A DNA stretch of 61,426 nucleotides from Clostridia bacterium (lineage in GTDB: Bacteria; Bacillota; Clostridia; Oscillospirales; CAG-272). The stretch is from positions 1 to 61,426 of the forward strand of contig JAFSSR010000076.1 of assembly GCA_017450885.1 (NCBI GenBank), given 5' to 3'. The notes beneath the pieces were generated by a model. The model had not been told where the DNA came from. It searched no databases and saw nothing but the letters and a program-made list of their open reading frames with translations. Below are positions 1-9,310 of the stretch, piece by piece (the stretch's first letter is position 1; each line of letters opens with the position of its first letter). A program made the position numbers and the translations under genes.

Positions 1-369
1 GCCGACGAAAAGGGTAATACCGTTTCGGTCACCTGTATCCGTATGGAGCTCGGAGAGCCGGACGAGCAGGGCAGACGCCGCCCCGTCCCGATAGAGGGGA
101 GCGAATACGACCTCGAGGCGGGCACGGTCATCATGGCGATAGGCAACAGCCCCAATCCGCTCATCCGTATGACCACGCCCGGGCTTGAGACCAACCGCCG
201 CGGCTGCTTCGTCACGAGCGATGACGGAGTCACCACCACCCGCGAGGGGGTCTTCGCCGGAGGCGACGCCGTCACCGGAGCCGCCACCGTCATCCTCGCC
301 ATGGGCGCGGGCAAGAAGGCGGCGGAGGCTATCGATGCGTACGTTAAAAGCCGCGAGGCGAAGAAATAG
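1..369 (+). CDS. NAD(P)H-dependent FAD oxidoreductase, GltD (glutamate synthase small subunit)-like, C-terminal fragment; N-terminus lies outside the window
   Basis: Frame 1 is open from the window edge. The C-terminal motif GVFAGGDAVTGAATVILAMGAGKKAAEAID is typical of this family. Confidence 0.7.
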   Translation, partial: ADEKGNTVSVTCIRMELGEPDEQGRRRPVPIEGSEYDLEAGTVIMAIGNSPNPLIRMTTPGLETNRRGCFVTSDDGVTTTREGVFAGGDAVTGAATVILAMGAGKKAAEAIDAYVKSREAKK

Positions 370-402
370 TATAAAGTCCAAAGACGATCAGCAGCAAATA
401 AA

Positions 403-440
403 AAGGCGCCGGGACATACGTTCCGGCGCCTTAACTATTG
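403..440 (+). terminator. Putative terminator hairpin after the oxidoreductase gene
   Basis: 10-bp GC stem aaggcgccgg / ccggcgcctt (403-412 / 423-432). The trailing T-tract is weak. Confidence 0.45.
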
Positions 441-483
441 TAGGAAACCAAAACATCCGGGATATCATCACGAAAATATAAAC

Positions 484-530
484 AGCGAAGGATCTGCGGG
501 AATTCGAGAGGATATCGCAGATCCTTCGCT
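484..530. terminator. 15-bp-stem hairpin between convergent genes, probably the terminator of the minus-strand AEC transporter gene
   Basis: agcgaaggatctgcg (484-498) pairs perfectly with cgcagatccttcgct (516-530). Confidence 0.5.
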
Positions 531-582
531 TTGTCAGGGAAAGAGGAAAAGATGATCGGCAGTTATCGGCCGCCGCGTACGT

Positions 583-1560
583 TCACCCGAACAGCAGTAC
601 CACGAGAGGTACCGTCGCCACCGACAGAAGCGCGGTCATGCCGACGCAGGTGGAGGCGTATTCGGGAACTATGTCATATTTCTCGGCGAACGCCTCGGTG
701 ACGGCGGCGGTCGGCATCCCCGCCATGATCGCGGAGAAGAGTACCATTTCGGACGAAAGCCCGATCAGCTTCGCAAGGCCTCCGACGATAAGCGGCAGGA
801 CTACAAGCTTGACCGCGCATACGAGGTAAGCGGACGGCTGCGTGAACAGCTTTTTGAACGGCGTGCGCGATATGGCGGCGCCGACCAGCAGCATCGAGAT
901 CGGGGTGCACAGTCCGCCGACGTACGAAAGCGCCGACTTGACAGCTCCGGCTATGAGCTTCAGGGCGGGGGTAAAGGAACCCGCGCCGTTGATCGCGCCG
1001 CTTATCGGGACGCGCGCGACGTAAAGGATGACGCCGAGGATCACCGAAAGCGTGCCGATATTGAGAAAGAGGCTGCGCGGGGAGGTCTTTATCTCCTTGT
1101 TCGCGCGGGAGAGGGTGAAGATGCCCCAGGTCCAGCAGAGCAGATTGAATACGACGCAGTAGAAGGAGCCCCAGAAGACGCCGACGTCGCCGAATACCGC
1201 CTTGAGTATCGGGAAGCCGTAAAAGGCGTTGTTGGCGAAGACCATCGCGTAGCGGGAGATCTGCCTTTCCTTTACGTTTTTGAAGCCGGCGGTGATCCCC
1301 TGCGAGACGATGATCGCGATAAGGTGGACCGAGGCGGCGATGAGTATGACAAAGCCGCCGGTCTTGAGGTTGTCGACCGAGAACTCGGCGTTGACGAGCG
1401 AAGAAACCATAAGGAAGGGCTGTCCGACGTTGACTATTAGCGAGGACAGCTTTTTTGCCGCCGTCCGGTCGATGACTTTTGCCTTCGCCGCGGCAAAGCC
1501 GACCGCCATCAGCAAAAGCATGGTCAGAGTCGTGTTGATAAGGATGGGAAGCTCGTTCAT
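583..1560 (-). CDS. AEC (auxin efflux carrier) family membrane transporter
   Basis: 325-aa polytopic membrane ORF. The N-terminus ...LLLMAVGFAAAKAKVIDRTAAKKLSSLIVNVGQPFLMVSSL and overall layout resemble the AEC/membrane-transport family. Confidence 0.7.
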   Translation of the reverse strand: MNELPILINTTLTMLLLMAVGFAAAKAKVIDRTAAKKLSSLIVNVGQPFLMVSSLVNAEFSVDNLKTGGFVILIAASVHLIAIIVSQGITAGFKNVKERQISRYAMVFANNAFYGFPILKAVFGDVGVFWGSFYCVVFNLLCWTWGIFTLSRANKEIKTSPRSLFLNIGTLSVILGVILYVARVPISGAINGAGSFTPALKLIAGAVKSALSYVGGLCTPISMLLVGAAISRTPFKKLFTQPSAYLVCAVKLVVLPLIVGGLAKLIGLSSEMVLFSAIMAGMPTAAVTEAFAEKYDIVPEYASTCVGMTALLSVATVPLVVLLFG

Positions 1561-2123
1561 TCCGCCGCCTCCCCTTTAAGCCCGTCGAGCTTGGCTTTGA
1601 CCGACTTCATATCCGTAAGCATCTCCGGCTTGCGCCTCGGATCGCGCAGCAGAAGGGAGGGGTGATAGACGGCGCACATCTCGAACTGCCCGCGCTTGAC
1701 CCACTGACCGTGCTGCTTTGTGATGCGGAAATCGGGGTCGATCAGCCGCATGGCGGATATGCGTCCGAGACAGACGATCAGCTTGGGGCGGATCAGCCGC
1801 ACCTGCTCGCGAAGATAGCCGATGCAGAGATCCTGCTCCTCCGGCTTGGGATCGCGGTTTTTGGGCGGGCGGCATTTGAGCATATTGGCTATGTACACGT
1901 CGCCGCGCTCTATCCCGACCGCCGCGAGATACTGGTCGAACAGCTTTCCCGCCCGCCCGACGAAGGGCACGCCGGTCATGTCCTCGTTTTCGCCCGGCGC
2001 CTCGCCGACGAACATCAGGTCGGCGTTCCTGTTCCCGCATCCGAAAACGCAGTTGGTGCGCGTGGCGGAAAGCTCGCATTTTTTGCAGTTTTTACACTCG
2101 TTTTCAAGCTCTTCCCAGGTCAT
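1557..2123 (-). CDS. Uracil-DNA glycosylase, family 4
   Basis: CKKCEL...C..GCG Fe-S cysteines and GEAPGENEDMTGVPFVGRAGKLF, the hallmark family-4 UDG motif. Overlaps the downstream AEC gene by 4 nt. Confidence 0.85.
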   Translation of the reverse strand: MTWEELENECKNCKKCELSATRTNCVFGCGNRNADLMFVGEAPGENEDMTGVPFVGRAGKLFDQYLAAVGIERGDVYIANMLKCRPPKNRDPKPEEQDLCIGYLREQVRLIRPKLIVCLGRISAMRLIDPDFRITKQHGQWVKRGQFEMCAVYHPSLLLRDPRRKPEMLTDMKSVKAKLDGLKGEAAE

Positions 2124-2174
2124 TTTTTACTTCCTTTTATAATGAATAATGAATGGATAAAAGAATGGATTATT

Positions 2175-2714
2175 TCATCTCAACGCGGCGAGAACGGCGA
2201 CGGCGTCTCTGCCGCGGATCTTTTTTGTATGCTCGCCTATGTAGATCTCCGCTTTTCCGGTGTCCAGACGCCTGCCGTACTCTCCGGGCGTGTCCCAGTC
2301 TCCGCATACGATAAGGAGATATCCCCCGCTGTCGCAGGAATAGGCGGCGCTCGGCTCGCCGTACCCCGACCGGTCGAGGGCGGCGCAGCAGTCGAGCAGA
2401 TCGCCGATCCGGTCGAACAGATACGCCCGCGCTGACGATGGATCCGCACCGTCCGTGCCGTCCGCGTCCGCCGTGAACAGCCTTGTCACGAATATCTCGC
2501 ACCCGCCCGCCGCGGAAGGGAACATCTGTACCAGCAGCCGTCCCCCGCAGGCGTCGAAGCCGCATCTGCGCTTCGCCTCGTCGAGTATGGTGCGTATGGC
2601 GCGGCGGGTCCCGGCTCCCGAGCCGATCGTCCCCGCGTCAAGGCGGTAGGCGTCCATATCCTCCTGCGAGAGGATCAGCTTCAATTTGTCTGCGCTTATC
2701 ATCAATAGTTCCAT
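2175..2714 (-). CDS. Short MecA-like adaptor protein (putative)
   Basis: 179 aa. The N-terminus MELLMISADKLKLILSQEDMDAYRLD resembles clostridial short MecA/competence-negative-regulator adaptors. Assignment is from memory of the family only. Confidence 0.45.
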   Translation of the reverse strand: MELLMISADKLKLILSQEDMDAYRLDAGTIGSGAGTRRAIRTILDEAKRRCGFDACGGRLLVQMFPSAAGGCEIFVTRLFTADADGTDGADPSSARAYLFDRIGDLLDCCAALDRSGYGEPSAAYSCDSGGYLLIVCGDWDTPGEYGRRLDTGKAEIYIGEHTKKIRGRDAVAVLAALR

Positions 2715-2776
2715 ACAGTCACCCCTTTATTACATTATAGTCAAAAGGGGACTGAAACGGAACGAACAATTTTTGG

Positions 2777-4105
2777 CTATTTGCCGTCGGCGGAGAAAAG
2801 ATCCGCCATGGCGTCGACCACGCCGTTCAGATCGTCCTTGAAGGCGGCGTAGCTGTAGAAGAGACAGCCGGAATATCCGCCGCACTCCCGGTCGAAAGCG
2901 ACCTGGTTTGAAAGCTCGCCGGGATCGCTCCATTCGGCGATCTTATAGGCGGCGTTGGAAGAAAGAAGCGCGACGCCGGTGTCCGCGAGTTTGTCCGCCC
3001 ACCACCGGGCTACCGTCGCGTACGGAGCCGACCTGTGTCCGAGATCCCAGTAGATCTGCGGGGCGAGAAAATCGACGTATCCGCCTTTCACCCAGGCGAG
3101 CGCGTCGCAGTATATCTCGCTGTACGCGTCAAGTCCGCGCGTGTCGCTCCCGCCGTTGACGCCGTCGTCGTTAGCCCATATCCCGAAGGGCGCTATGCCG
3201 AAAAGGCAGTCGGGATCGGCGGCCTTTACCGCCTCGTAACTCTCGCGTACGAGAGAATTCACGTTCTCTCTGCGCCAGTCGGCAAGCGACGCTCCGCCGC
3301 CGTATCTGACGTAGGACGCGGCGTCGTCAAAGCTCTCGCCGTCTTTCGGGTACGGGTAGAAGTAGTCGTCGAACAGTATGCCGTCCACCTCGTAGTTCGC
3401 GGCGATCTCGGCGCATCCGCGGGCGACCAGCTCCCGCACCTCGGGCAGCCCCGGATCGAACCATACCGTCCCTCCGTATGCCGCCGTGTACTCCGGATGT
3501 ATCGCCGCCGGGTTCGCGGGCGACAGTCCGTCGAGCCCCCCTTTTGCGGCGCGGAGGGGATTGACCCAGGCGACGACGGCTATGTCGTTTGCGTGGGCGC
3601 GGAGTATCAGCTCGTCCAGTACGTCTATCCCCGGAGCCTGTCCCTGCGTCCCCGTTATAAACGCGGAGGACGGGAATATCTTTGAGCGGTAGAAGGCGTC
3701 CGCCATCGGTCTCACCTGAAACACCACGGTGTTCAGCTTCGCCTTCCTGCATACCGAGATCACGCCGTCCAGCTCCGTGATCAGTTCCTCGTCGGACATA
3801 CCCTGCTTCTCGGGATAGTTCAAATTCCAGACGGTGGCGACGTAGACGCCGGATATCTCCCGTCCGTCCGCGAGCATTCTCCCCAGAAGAGACGCGCTTG
3901 TCCGATCCGCGGAGCCTTCTCCCTTCTTAACCGGCGCGGCCGGGTCGGAGCGATCTCCGCGCGCGCCGCTTAGATCGGGAGCTTTTTTTGTAAACGCGCC
4001 AGGAAAGACGAACGCCGCGCCGCCCAGCAGCACGGCGGTGAGAAGGATACAGCAGAGCGCGGCGAGAGCCGCGGAGCAGAGCGGGCTATATCGCTTGGTT
4101 TCCAT
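2777..4105 (-). CDS. Glycoside hydrolase family-10-like (GHL10/YngK/UPF0748) protein with N-terminal membrane anchor
   Basis: 442 aa with an N-terminal TM/signal segment. YVATVWNLNYP...LNTVVFQVRPMADAFYRSKIFPSS matches the GHL10 family pattern. Confidence 0.7.
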   Translation of the reverse strand: METKRYSPLCSAALAALCCILLTAVLLGGAAFVFPGAFTKKAPDLSGARGDRSDPAAPVKKGEGSADRTSASLLGRMLADGREISGVYVATVWNLNYPEKQGMSDEELITELDGVISVCRKAKLNTVVFQVRPMADAFYRSKIFPSSAFITGTQGQAPGIDVLDELILRAHANDIAVVAWVNPLRAAKGGLDGLSPANPAAIHPEYTAAYGGTVWFDPGLPEVRELVARGCAEIAANYEVDGILFDDYFYPYPKDGESFDDAASYVRYGGGASLADWRRENVNSLVRESYEAVKAADPDCLFGIAPFGIWANDDGVNGGSDTRGLDAYSEIYCDALAWVKGGYVDFLAPQIYWDLGHRSAPYATVARWWADKLADTGVALLSSNAAYKIAEWSDPGELSNQVAFDRECGGYSGCLFYSYAAFKDDLNGVVDAMADLFSADGK

Positions 4106-4548
4106 CGAGCCTCCGTATTAATAATTATAATATCATAACCTATCGGATATTTCAAGATGCGCCGGACGATATTTCGCGCCGGCCTCACCGGTAACATTTT
4201 ATTTCGGCTCGCGTCCCGATATGCAAAGAAGGACGCGGCTCCGCGCGGTTAATATTTCCTATGTAAACATTCTATAAAATGCGTTGCGCCGGGGAGAGGG
4301 AAATGGTAGTATTGGAGCGTAGGATACGCCGGCACTACATATTGTATCTTGCGCGGAAATTATTAACAAAAATGCGCAAAATATGCGAAAAAACGCAGAA
4401 AAATGATAAGATCCGCCGTCGAAACTCGTTAAAATCGCTCAAAACGAATAAAAGTTCGTCGAAAACGAAAATGCAAGAACAAACGTTCTTTTTTTGCAAA
4501 AAAACTCGAACAAATTGAGCGAAAAAATAAAAAGTTGTGTTCCGACTA

Positions 4549-4577
4549 TTGCAAAATCGAAAAAAATAAGCTATAAT
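4549..4577 (+). promoter_or_regulatory. Sigma-70-type promoter of the dcw operon (Pmra)
   Basis: TTGCAA (4549-4554), a 17-nt spacer, then TATAAT (4572-4577), about 100 nt upstream of mraZ. Confidence 0.6.
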
Positions 4578-4584
4578 TGGTGCA

Positions 4585-4611
4585 TAAGTGGCGCAAAGTG
4601 TACCAAAGTGG
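4585..4611 (+). promoter_or_regulatory. Putative MraZ operator: three direct AAGTG[GT] boxes at exact 10-bp spacing
   Basis: tAAGTGG (4585-4591), aAAGTGT (4595-4601) and aAAGTGG (4605-4611), immediately downstream of the -10 box and upstream of mraZ. Confidence 0.6.
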
Positions 4612-4680
4612 GTCAAAATCCCATAAGGGACCGGAAAAATGCGCCGCGCGATCAAAGTAAACAGAGGGGAGGGACAATAC

Positions 4681-5115
4681 ATGGCACGTGTAAGGATATT
4701 CGGTGAGTACCGGCATAATATCGACGCCAAGAAGCGGTTGGCGCTGCCGTCGAAGATCCGTGACTGCATGAGCGAGACCATGATATTGGTCAGCAGTCTG
4801 TTCGCGCCCTGTATTGCCCTGTACCCTATGGAAGAATGGGAAAAATTCGAGGAGCGTCTGGACGGACTTTCGCAGACCGACGGCGTTGAGGCTCGAAGAG
4901 AGATATATTCGAAAATGGCGGAGGTACAGTGCGACGCGCAGGGAAGGATACTTATCCCCCAAAATCTCTGCGAGATAGCAGGCCTCGAAAGAAACGTGGT
5001 CATCGCCGGCGCGGGCGCCTACGCGGAGATATGGGACGCGGGACGCTGGGACGAGGATCACAGGATAGACAAAAAGCCGATCATTCTTGAGAAGCTCGAC
5101 AAAGCAAACTTCTAA
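4681..5115 (+). CDS. mraZ: Transcriptional regulator MraZ
   Basis: MARVRIFGEYRHNIDAKKRLALPSK matches the MraZ N-terminus, and a second SpoVT/AbrB-like repeat (DAQGRILIP) is present. Start trimmed from the track ORF (4639) to the ATG at 4681. Confidence 0.9.
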   Translation: MARVRIFGEYRHNIDAKKRLALPSKIRDCMSETMILVSSLFAPCIALYPMEEWEKFEERLDGLSQTDGVEARREIYSKMAEVQCDAQGRILIPQNLCEIAGLERNVVIAGAGAYAEIWDAGRWDEDHRIDKKPIILEKLDKANF

Positions 5116-6047
5116 TGCCCGAGGGATTTTCGCACGTCCCGGTGATGCTCGACGAGGTCATCGAGTCGCTTGACATCAAGCCGGACGGGATCTATTTCGA
5201 CGGTACCGCCGGAGGCGGCGGACACAGCTATGAGATAGCGCGCAGGCTGACCGGGGGAGGAAGGCTGATCGCCGTAGATCAGGACCCCGACGCCATAGCC
5301 GCGGCGACCTCCCGCCTTTCGGAATTTGCCGACAGGACGGAGATCCACAGGGATAATTTCACCGATATAAAGAACCTGCTCGACGGGCGCAGGGCGGACG
5401 GAGTGCTCCTCGATCTCGGGGTCTCCTCCCACCAGCTCGACACGGCGGAGCGCGGATTTTCCTATATGAAGGACGCGCCGCTCGATATGCGAATGGACCC
5501 GCGCGATCCCGTTTCGGCGCGCGACGTTGTTAATACATATTCAAAAGAAGAGCTGATCCGTGTACTGCGAGATTGGGGCGAGGAACGCTTTGCGGGACGG
5601 ATCGCTTCCTTTATAGTAAAAGAACGCGAAATAAAAGAGATAGAGACCACCGGGGAGCTTGCGGCGCTTGTAAAGAAGGCCGTGCCCGCAAAAGGGGAGG
5701 CTCATCCGGAGAAAAGGACCTTTCAGGCGATACGCATAGAGGTCAATCACGAGCTTGAGGTCATAGAGCCCGCTATCGAGTCGGCTCTCGACTGTATGGC
5801 GGAGGGCGGAAGGATAGCGGTCATCACCTTCCACTCGCTGGAGGACAGGATAGTCAAGCAGACCTTCGCCCGGGCGGCAAAGGGATGTACCTGCCCGCCG
5901 GACATACCCGTCTGCGTCTGCGGCAAAAAGCCGCGCGGGACGGTGATAACACGCAAACCGATACTCCCGACCGAGAGGGAGTGCATAGACAACCCCCGCG
6001 CCAAGAGCGCAAAATTGAGAGTTTTTGAAAAAGGCGCGGAGGAATGA
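5115..6047 (+). CDS. rsmH: 16S rRNA (cytosine1402-N4)-methyltransferase RsmH
   Basis: HVPVMLDEV...DGTAGGGGHS...DLGVSSHQLD...RGFSY motifs. TAATG overlap with the mraZ stop. Confidence 0.95.
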   Translation: MPEGFSHVPVMLDEVIESLDIKPDGIYFDGTAGGGGHSYEIARRLTGGGRLIAVDQDPDAIAAATSRLSEFADRTEIHRDNFTDIKNLLDGRRADGVLLDLGVSSHQLDTAERGFSYMKDAPLDMRMDPRDPVSARDVVNTYSKEELIRVLRDWGEERFAGRIASFIVKEREIKEIETTGELAALVKKAVPAKGEAHPEKRTFQAIRIEVNHELEVIEPAIESALDCMAEGGRIAVITFHSLEDRIVKQTFARAAKGCTCPPDIPVCVCGKKPRGTVITRKPILPTERECIDNPRAKSAKLRVFEKGAEE

Positions 6048-6901
6048 AACGAGAGGGGAAAACGATGGGATACACAGACGCATCTTTTGAAGACAATACC
6101 ACGGTGTCCGAGCTCGACGGAGCTCAGCTTTACGACGCGTCCGCCCGCCGCGAACGCCCCGTGAAGAAGCAGCCGGAAAAGAAAAAGAAGACCGTCGCCG
6201 AGCCGGTCGAGGACGCCGTGTTCCTTGAAGCGAACGAGGTCATCGACGTAGAGGACGTGCTCGAGGCGGACGATATGATCGAGGCGGAGGAGGTCCGCCC
6301 GACCCCCAAAAAGGCCCCGGCGAGACCTGTAAAGCAGGTGAGACCGAGGGAGAGCGGTCCGCAGCAGCGCGCCGTGGTAAAGGCGGCGCCGAGAGCGGCG
6401 GTCAAGGTCGAAAAGGCCCCGCGCGAGCCGATCACCTTTAAGTCGATGAGGCGCGGGCTGGTCAGCATAATGAGCACACGCAGCAACGTCCGCGTACAGA
6501 CGGTCAAGAACGAAAAACGCAAGCCGCTTCCCATATCGGCTTTCGCCATGGCGTTCATCTGCACCCTGCTCCTTATGTTTATGATAGTCAGCTACGTGCA
6601 GATCAACGAATATACCGTCGCCGTTTCCGAGCTTCGATCCGATCTCGGCGATATGGTCGACCGCGACAAGGAGCTCACTCTGGAGCTTGAGAAGAAGAAC
6701 GATATGCTCGCCATAGAGCAGAAGGCGGGCGAGCTGGGCATGGTCAAGGTGGACCAGCTCACAAAGAAGCACGTCGCCATCGCCCAGGAGGACAAGATCG
6801 AGGTCATAGAGCCGGAGCCGACCTATGACGCCACCGTCGTCACCACCATCATGAGCTCCATTTGGGAGAATTTTGCCGGATTGCGGGAATATCTCGGCTG
6901 A
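6044..6901 (+). CDS. FtsL-like cell-division protein with a long charged N-terminal extension
   Basis: Sits at the ftsL position between rsmH and the PBP. Single TM (LPISAFAMAFICTLLLMFMIVSYV) followed by a coiled-coil-like segment. The first ~150 aa are low-complexity and E/K/P/A/V-rich. The start is uncertain (ATG 6044 or 6065). Confidence 0.6.
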   Translation: MKREGKTMGYTDASFEDNTTVSELDGAQLYDASARRERPVKKQPEKKKKTVAEPVEDAVFLEANEVIDVEDVLEADDMIEAEEVRPTPKKAPARPVKQVRPRESGPQQRAVVKAAPRAAVKVEKAPREPITFKSMRRGLVSIMSTRSNVRVQTVKNEKRKPLPISAFAMAFICTLLLMFMIVSYVQINEYTVAVSELRSDLGDMVDRDKELTLELEKKNDMLAIEQKAGELGMVKVDQLTKKHVAIAQEDKIEVIEPEPTYDATVVTTIMSSIWENFAGLREYLG

Positions 6902-7024
6902 TCGGAAAATAGAATTAAAATAACCTTGAGAGTGCAGAAACTCCCTTGACGGGTGCACTCTCAATTTCCGTCTAATAAAATAATAATTATAAAGTTATAA
7001 AGAAACGCGAAAGGAGGGCGGAAA

Positions 7025-9247
7025 ATGCAGGCAAAGATAAACAAACGGCTTCCCGAACGCTCTCTCATCGTGCTGATAATCTTCATGGTGCTTTTCGCGC
7101 TGCTGATAATCAGGCTGTTTTACCTCCAGGTCATCAAGTACGACGACTACCAGGCAAAGGTCATAAGCGACGTACAGCGCGAGACCACGGTAAACGCGGA
7201 GCGCGGGGTCATCTACGACAGCAATATGGTCGCCCTCGCCACCAACACCACCACCTGGCGCGTATTCATCTCCCCCCGCGACATAAAGGAACAGTCGCAG
7301 GAAAATCTCATCGCCTCGGAGCTTGCCCGCATACTCGACGTGGACGAAAAGATGATCCACGAAAGGGCGGCGCGCACCAACCGGGCGGACGAGATCATCA
7401 AGAAGAACATCGACGAGGAGACCTACGACCTCGTGATGGACTTCATCGAGAAGAACAATCTCTACAACCAGATACATCTCGAGGCCTCGACCAAGAGGTA
7501 CTACCCATACGGCAGCCTCGCCGCCAACGTGCTTGGCTTTGTCGGAACTGACGGCGGACTTATCGGGCTTGAATACCAGTACGACGATCAGCTCACCGGC
7601 GTCGAGGGCAAGTACATAACGGCAAAGGACGCCGGCGGCAAGAATATGCCCTTCAAGTACGACAGCTACATTGAAGCAGAAAACGGCGGCAACCTTGTCA
7701 CTACTCTCAACACCAAGGTCCAGGCGGTGCTTGAGGAACAGCTCAAGGCGACCTACAACGACAGCGACCCGCTCTCCCGCGTCTGCGGCATCGTGATGGA
7801 CACCGAGACCGGCGCCGTCCTCGGGATGGCGACCTACCCGACGATGGATCTCAACGATCCCTTCACTCTCGACGAGGATTCGCAGAAGAAGCTCGAAGAG
7901 AGCGGCTTTGCCGAGGGGAGCGAGGATTACGAGAAGCTCTACTGGACGCTGATCAACGAGATGTGGAAAAACAAGGCGGTCTCCGAGCTTTACGAGCCCG
8001 GTTCCACCTTCAAGGTGATAACGATAGCCGAGGCGCTCGAGGAGGGCGTCACCAATTTCAGCGAAAGATACTACTGCAGCGGAGAGCTCAAGATCGAAGG
8101 CTACGCCAGACCGATCCCCTGCCACAAGGTGGGCGGACACGGCTCGGTGTCTCTCGCCGAGGGACTTCAGCAGTCCTGCAACCCGACCCTGATGGAGGTA
8201 GCCGCCAAGCTCGGCAGACAGACCTTCTACGATTACTTCTACCGTTTCGGCTACGCGGAGCGCACCGGCATCGACCTCCCCGGCGAGGAACGCCCGATAT
8301 TCTCCACCTTCAACAATTTCCATCAGGTCGAGCTTGCGGTCTACTCCTTCGGTCAGACCTTCAAGGTCACGCCGGTCCAGCAGATCCGGGCGATATGCTC
8401 GATCGCGAACGGCGGATACCTTGTCACGCCGCATCTGGTCGACAGGATAATCGACGACGACGGCAACGTGCTCTGGTCGTTTGAAAACGAGAAGGTGCGT
8501 CAGGTCGTATCAAGCGACGTCTGCGCCGAGATAAGCGACGTTCTCGAAAAGGGCGTCGCGGGTAACGGCGGCGCGAAGAACACCTACGTTCCCGGTTACA
8601 AGATAGCGGCAAAGACCGGTACCTCGCAGAAGAGGGATATTCTCGACGAGGATTACGTCGTCGGCTCGACCGTGGCGTACGCCCCGTCCGATAATCCGAA
8701 GGTCGCCTGCCTTATCATGGTGGATACCCCCACCTGCCAGAACCAGTACGGCAGCGTGGTCGCCGCCCCCTACGTCGCAAAGGTGATGGAAGAGGTGCTT
8801 CCCCTTCTCGGGGTCGAGCGCCACTACAGCGAAAAGGATATAGGGCTTATCACGACGGCGGTCTCCAACTACACCGGAAAGAGCATCGACGTCGTAAAGG
8901 AAGCCCTTGACGAAAAGAAGCTCTCCTACGAGATAATAGGCGACGGCGAGACTGTCGTTACGCAGCTTCCCGCTCCCGGCTCGTCCCTGATGCTGAAGAC
9001 CGGCAAGGTGGTGCTCTACACCGCAAAGGAAACGCCGGAGAACAATCTGGTGACCGTTCCCGATCTTATCGGAAGCAAGGCGGAGAGCGCGAACAGCAGA
9101 CTGGTGTCCGAGGGGTTCAACGTCGGCATCAGCGGCTCGTTCTCCGACTCCGCGGTCGTTACGGCGCAGAGCCCGGCGGCTGGCGAAGCCGTGCCCAAGG
9201 GAACGATAATCACCATCACCGTCCGCTCGATGAACGGTACGGAGTAA
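7025..9247 (+). CDS. Class B penicillin-binding protein (FtsI/SpoVD-like transpeptidase) with two C-terminal PASTA domains
   Basis: N-terminal TM, the STFK active-site motif (EPGSTFKVIT), SxN (QQSCN) and KTGT (AAKTGTS), then two PASTA-like repeats at the C-terminus. RBS aaaggaggg lies upstream. Confidence 0.9.
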   Translation: MQAKINKRLPERSLIVLIIFMVLFALLIIRLFYLQVIKYDDYQAKVISDVQRETTVNAERGVIYDSNMVALATNTTTWRVFISPRDIKEQSQENLIASELARILDVDEKMIHERAARTNRADEIIKKNIDEETYDLVMDFIEKNNLYNQIHLEASTKRYYPYGSLAANVLGFVGTDGGLIGLEYQYDDQLTGVEGKYITAKDAGGKNMPFKYDSYIEAENGGNLVTTLNTKVQAVLEEQLKATYNDSDPLSRVCGIVMDTETGAVLGMATYPTMDLNDPFTLDEDSQKKLEESGFAEGSEDYEKLYWTLINEMWKNKAVSELYEPGSTFKVITIAEALEEGVTNFSERYYCSGELKIEGYARPIPCHKVGGHGSVSLAEGLQQSCNPTLMEVAAKLGRQTFYDYFYRFGYAERTGIDLPGEERPIFSTFNNFHQVELAVYSFGQTFKVTPVQQIRAICSIANGGYLVTPHLVDRIIDDDGNVLWSFENEKVRQVVSSDVCAEISDVLEKGVAGNGGAKNTYVPGYKIAAKTGTSQKRDILDEDYVVGSTVAYAPSDNPKVACLIMVDTPTCQNQYGSVVAAPYVAKVMEEVLPLLGVERHYSEKDIGLITTAVSNYTGKSIDVVKEALDEKKLSYEIIGDGETVVTQLPAPGSSLMLKTGKVVLYTAKETPENNLVTVPDLIGSKAESANSRLVSEGFNVGISGSFSDSAVVTAQSPAAGEAVPKGTIITITVRSMNGTE

Positions 9248-9310
9248 ACAAAAAAAGCAAGTCGTTCAATATCCGGGAAGTCAAAGCAAGTAACTTTTAC
9301 GGAGAACGGC

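Noticed and set aside
185-481. A 98-aa plus-strand ORF overlapping the end of the oxidoreductase gene and running on into the intergenic region.
   Set aside because: It is an alternative frame of a confidently assigned gene, P/A/R/S-rich, and it crosses the terminator hairpin.
4279-4518. A 79-aa Lys/Arg-rich ORF in the region upstream of mraZ.
   Set aside because: There is no RBS. The composition is explained by the A-tract-rich promoter region, and the ORF overlaps the probable Pmra upstream elements.
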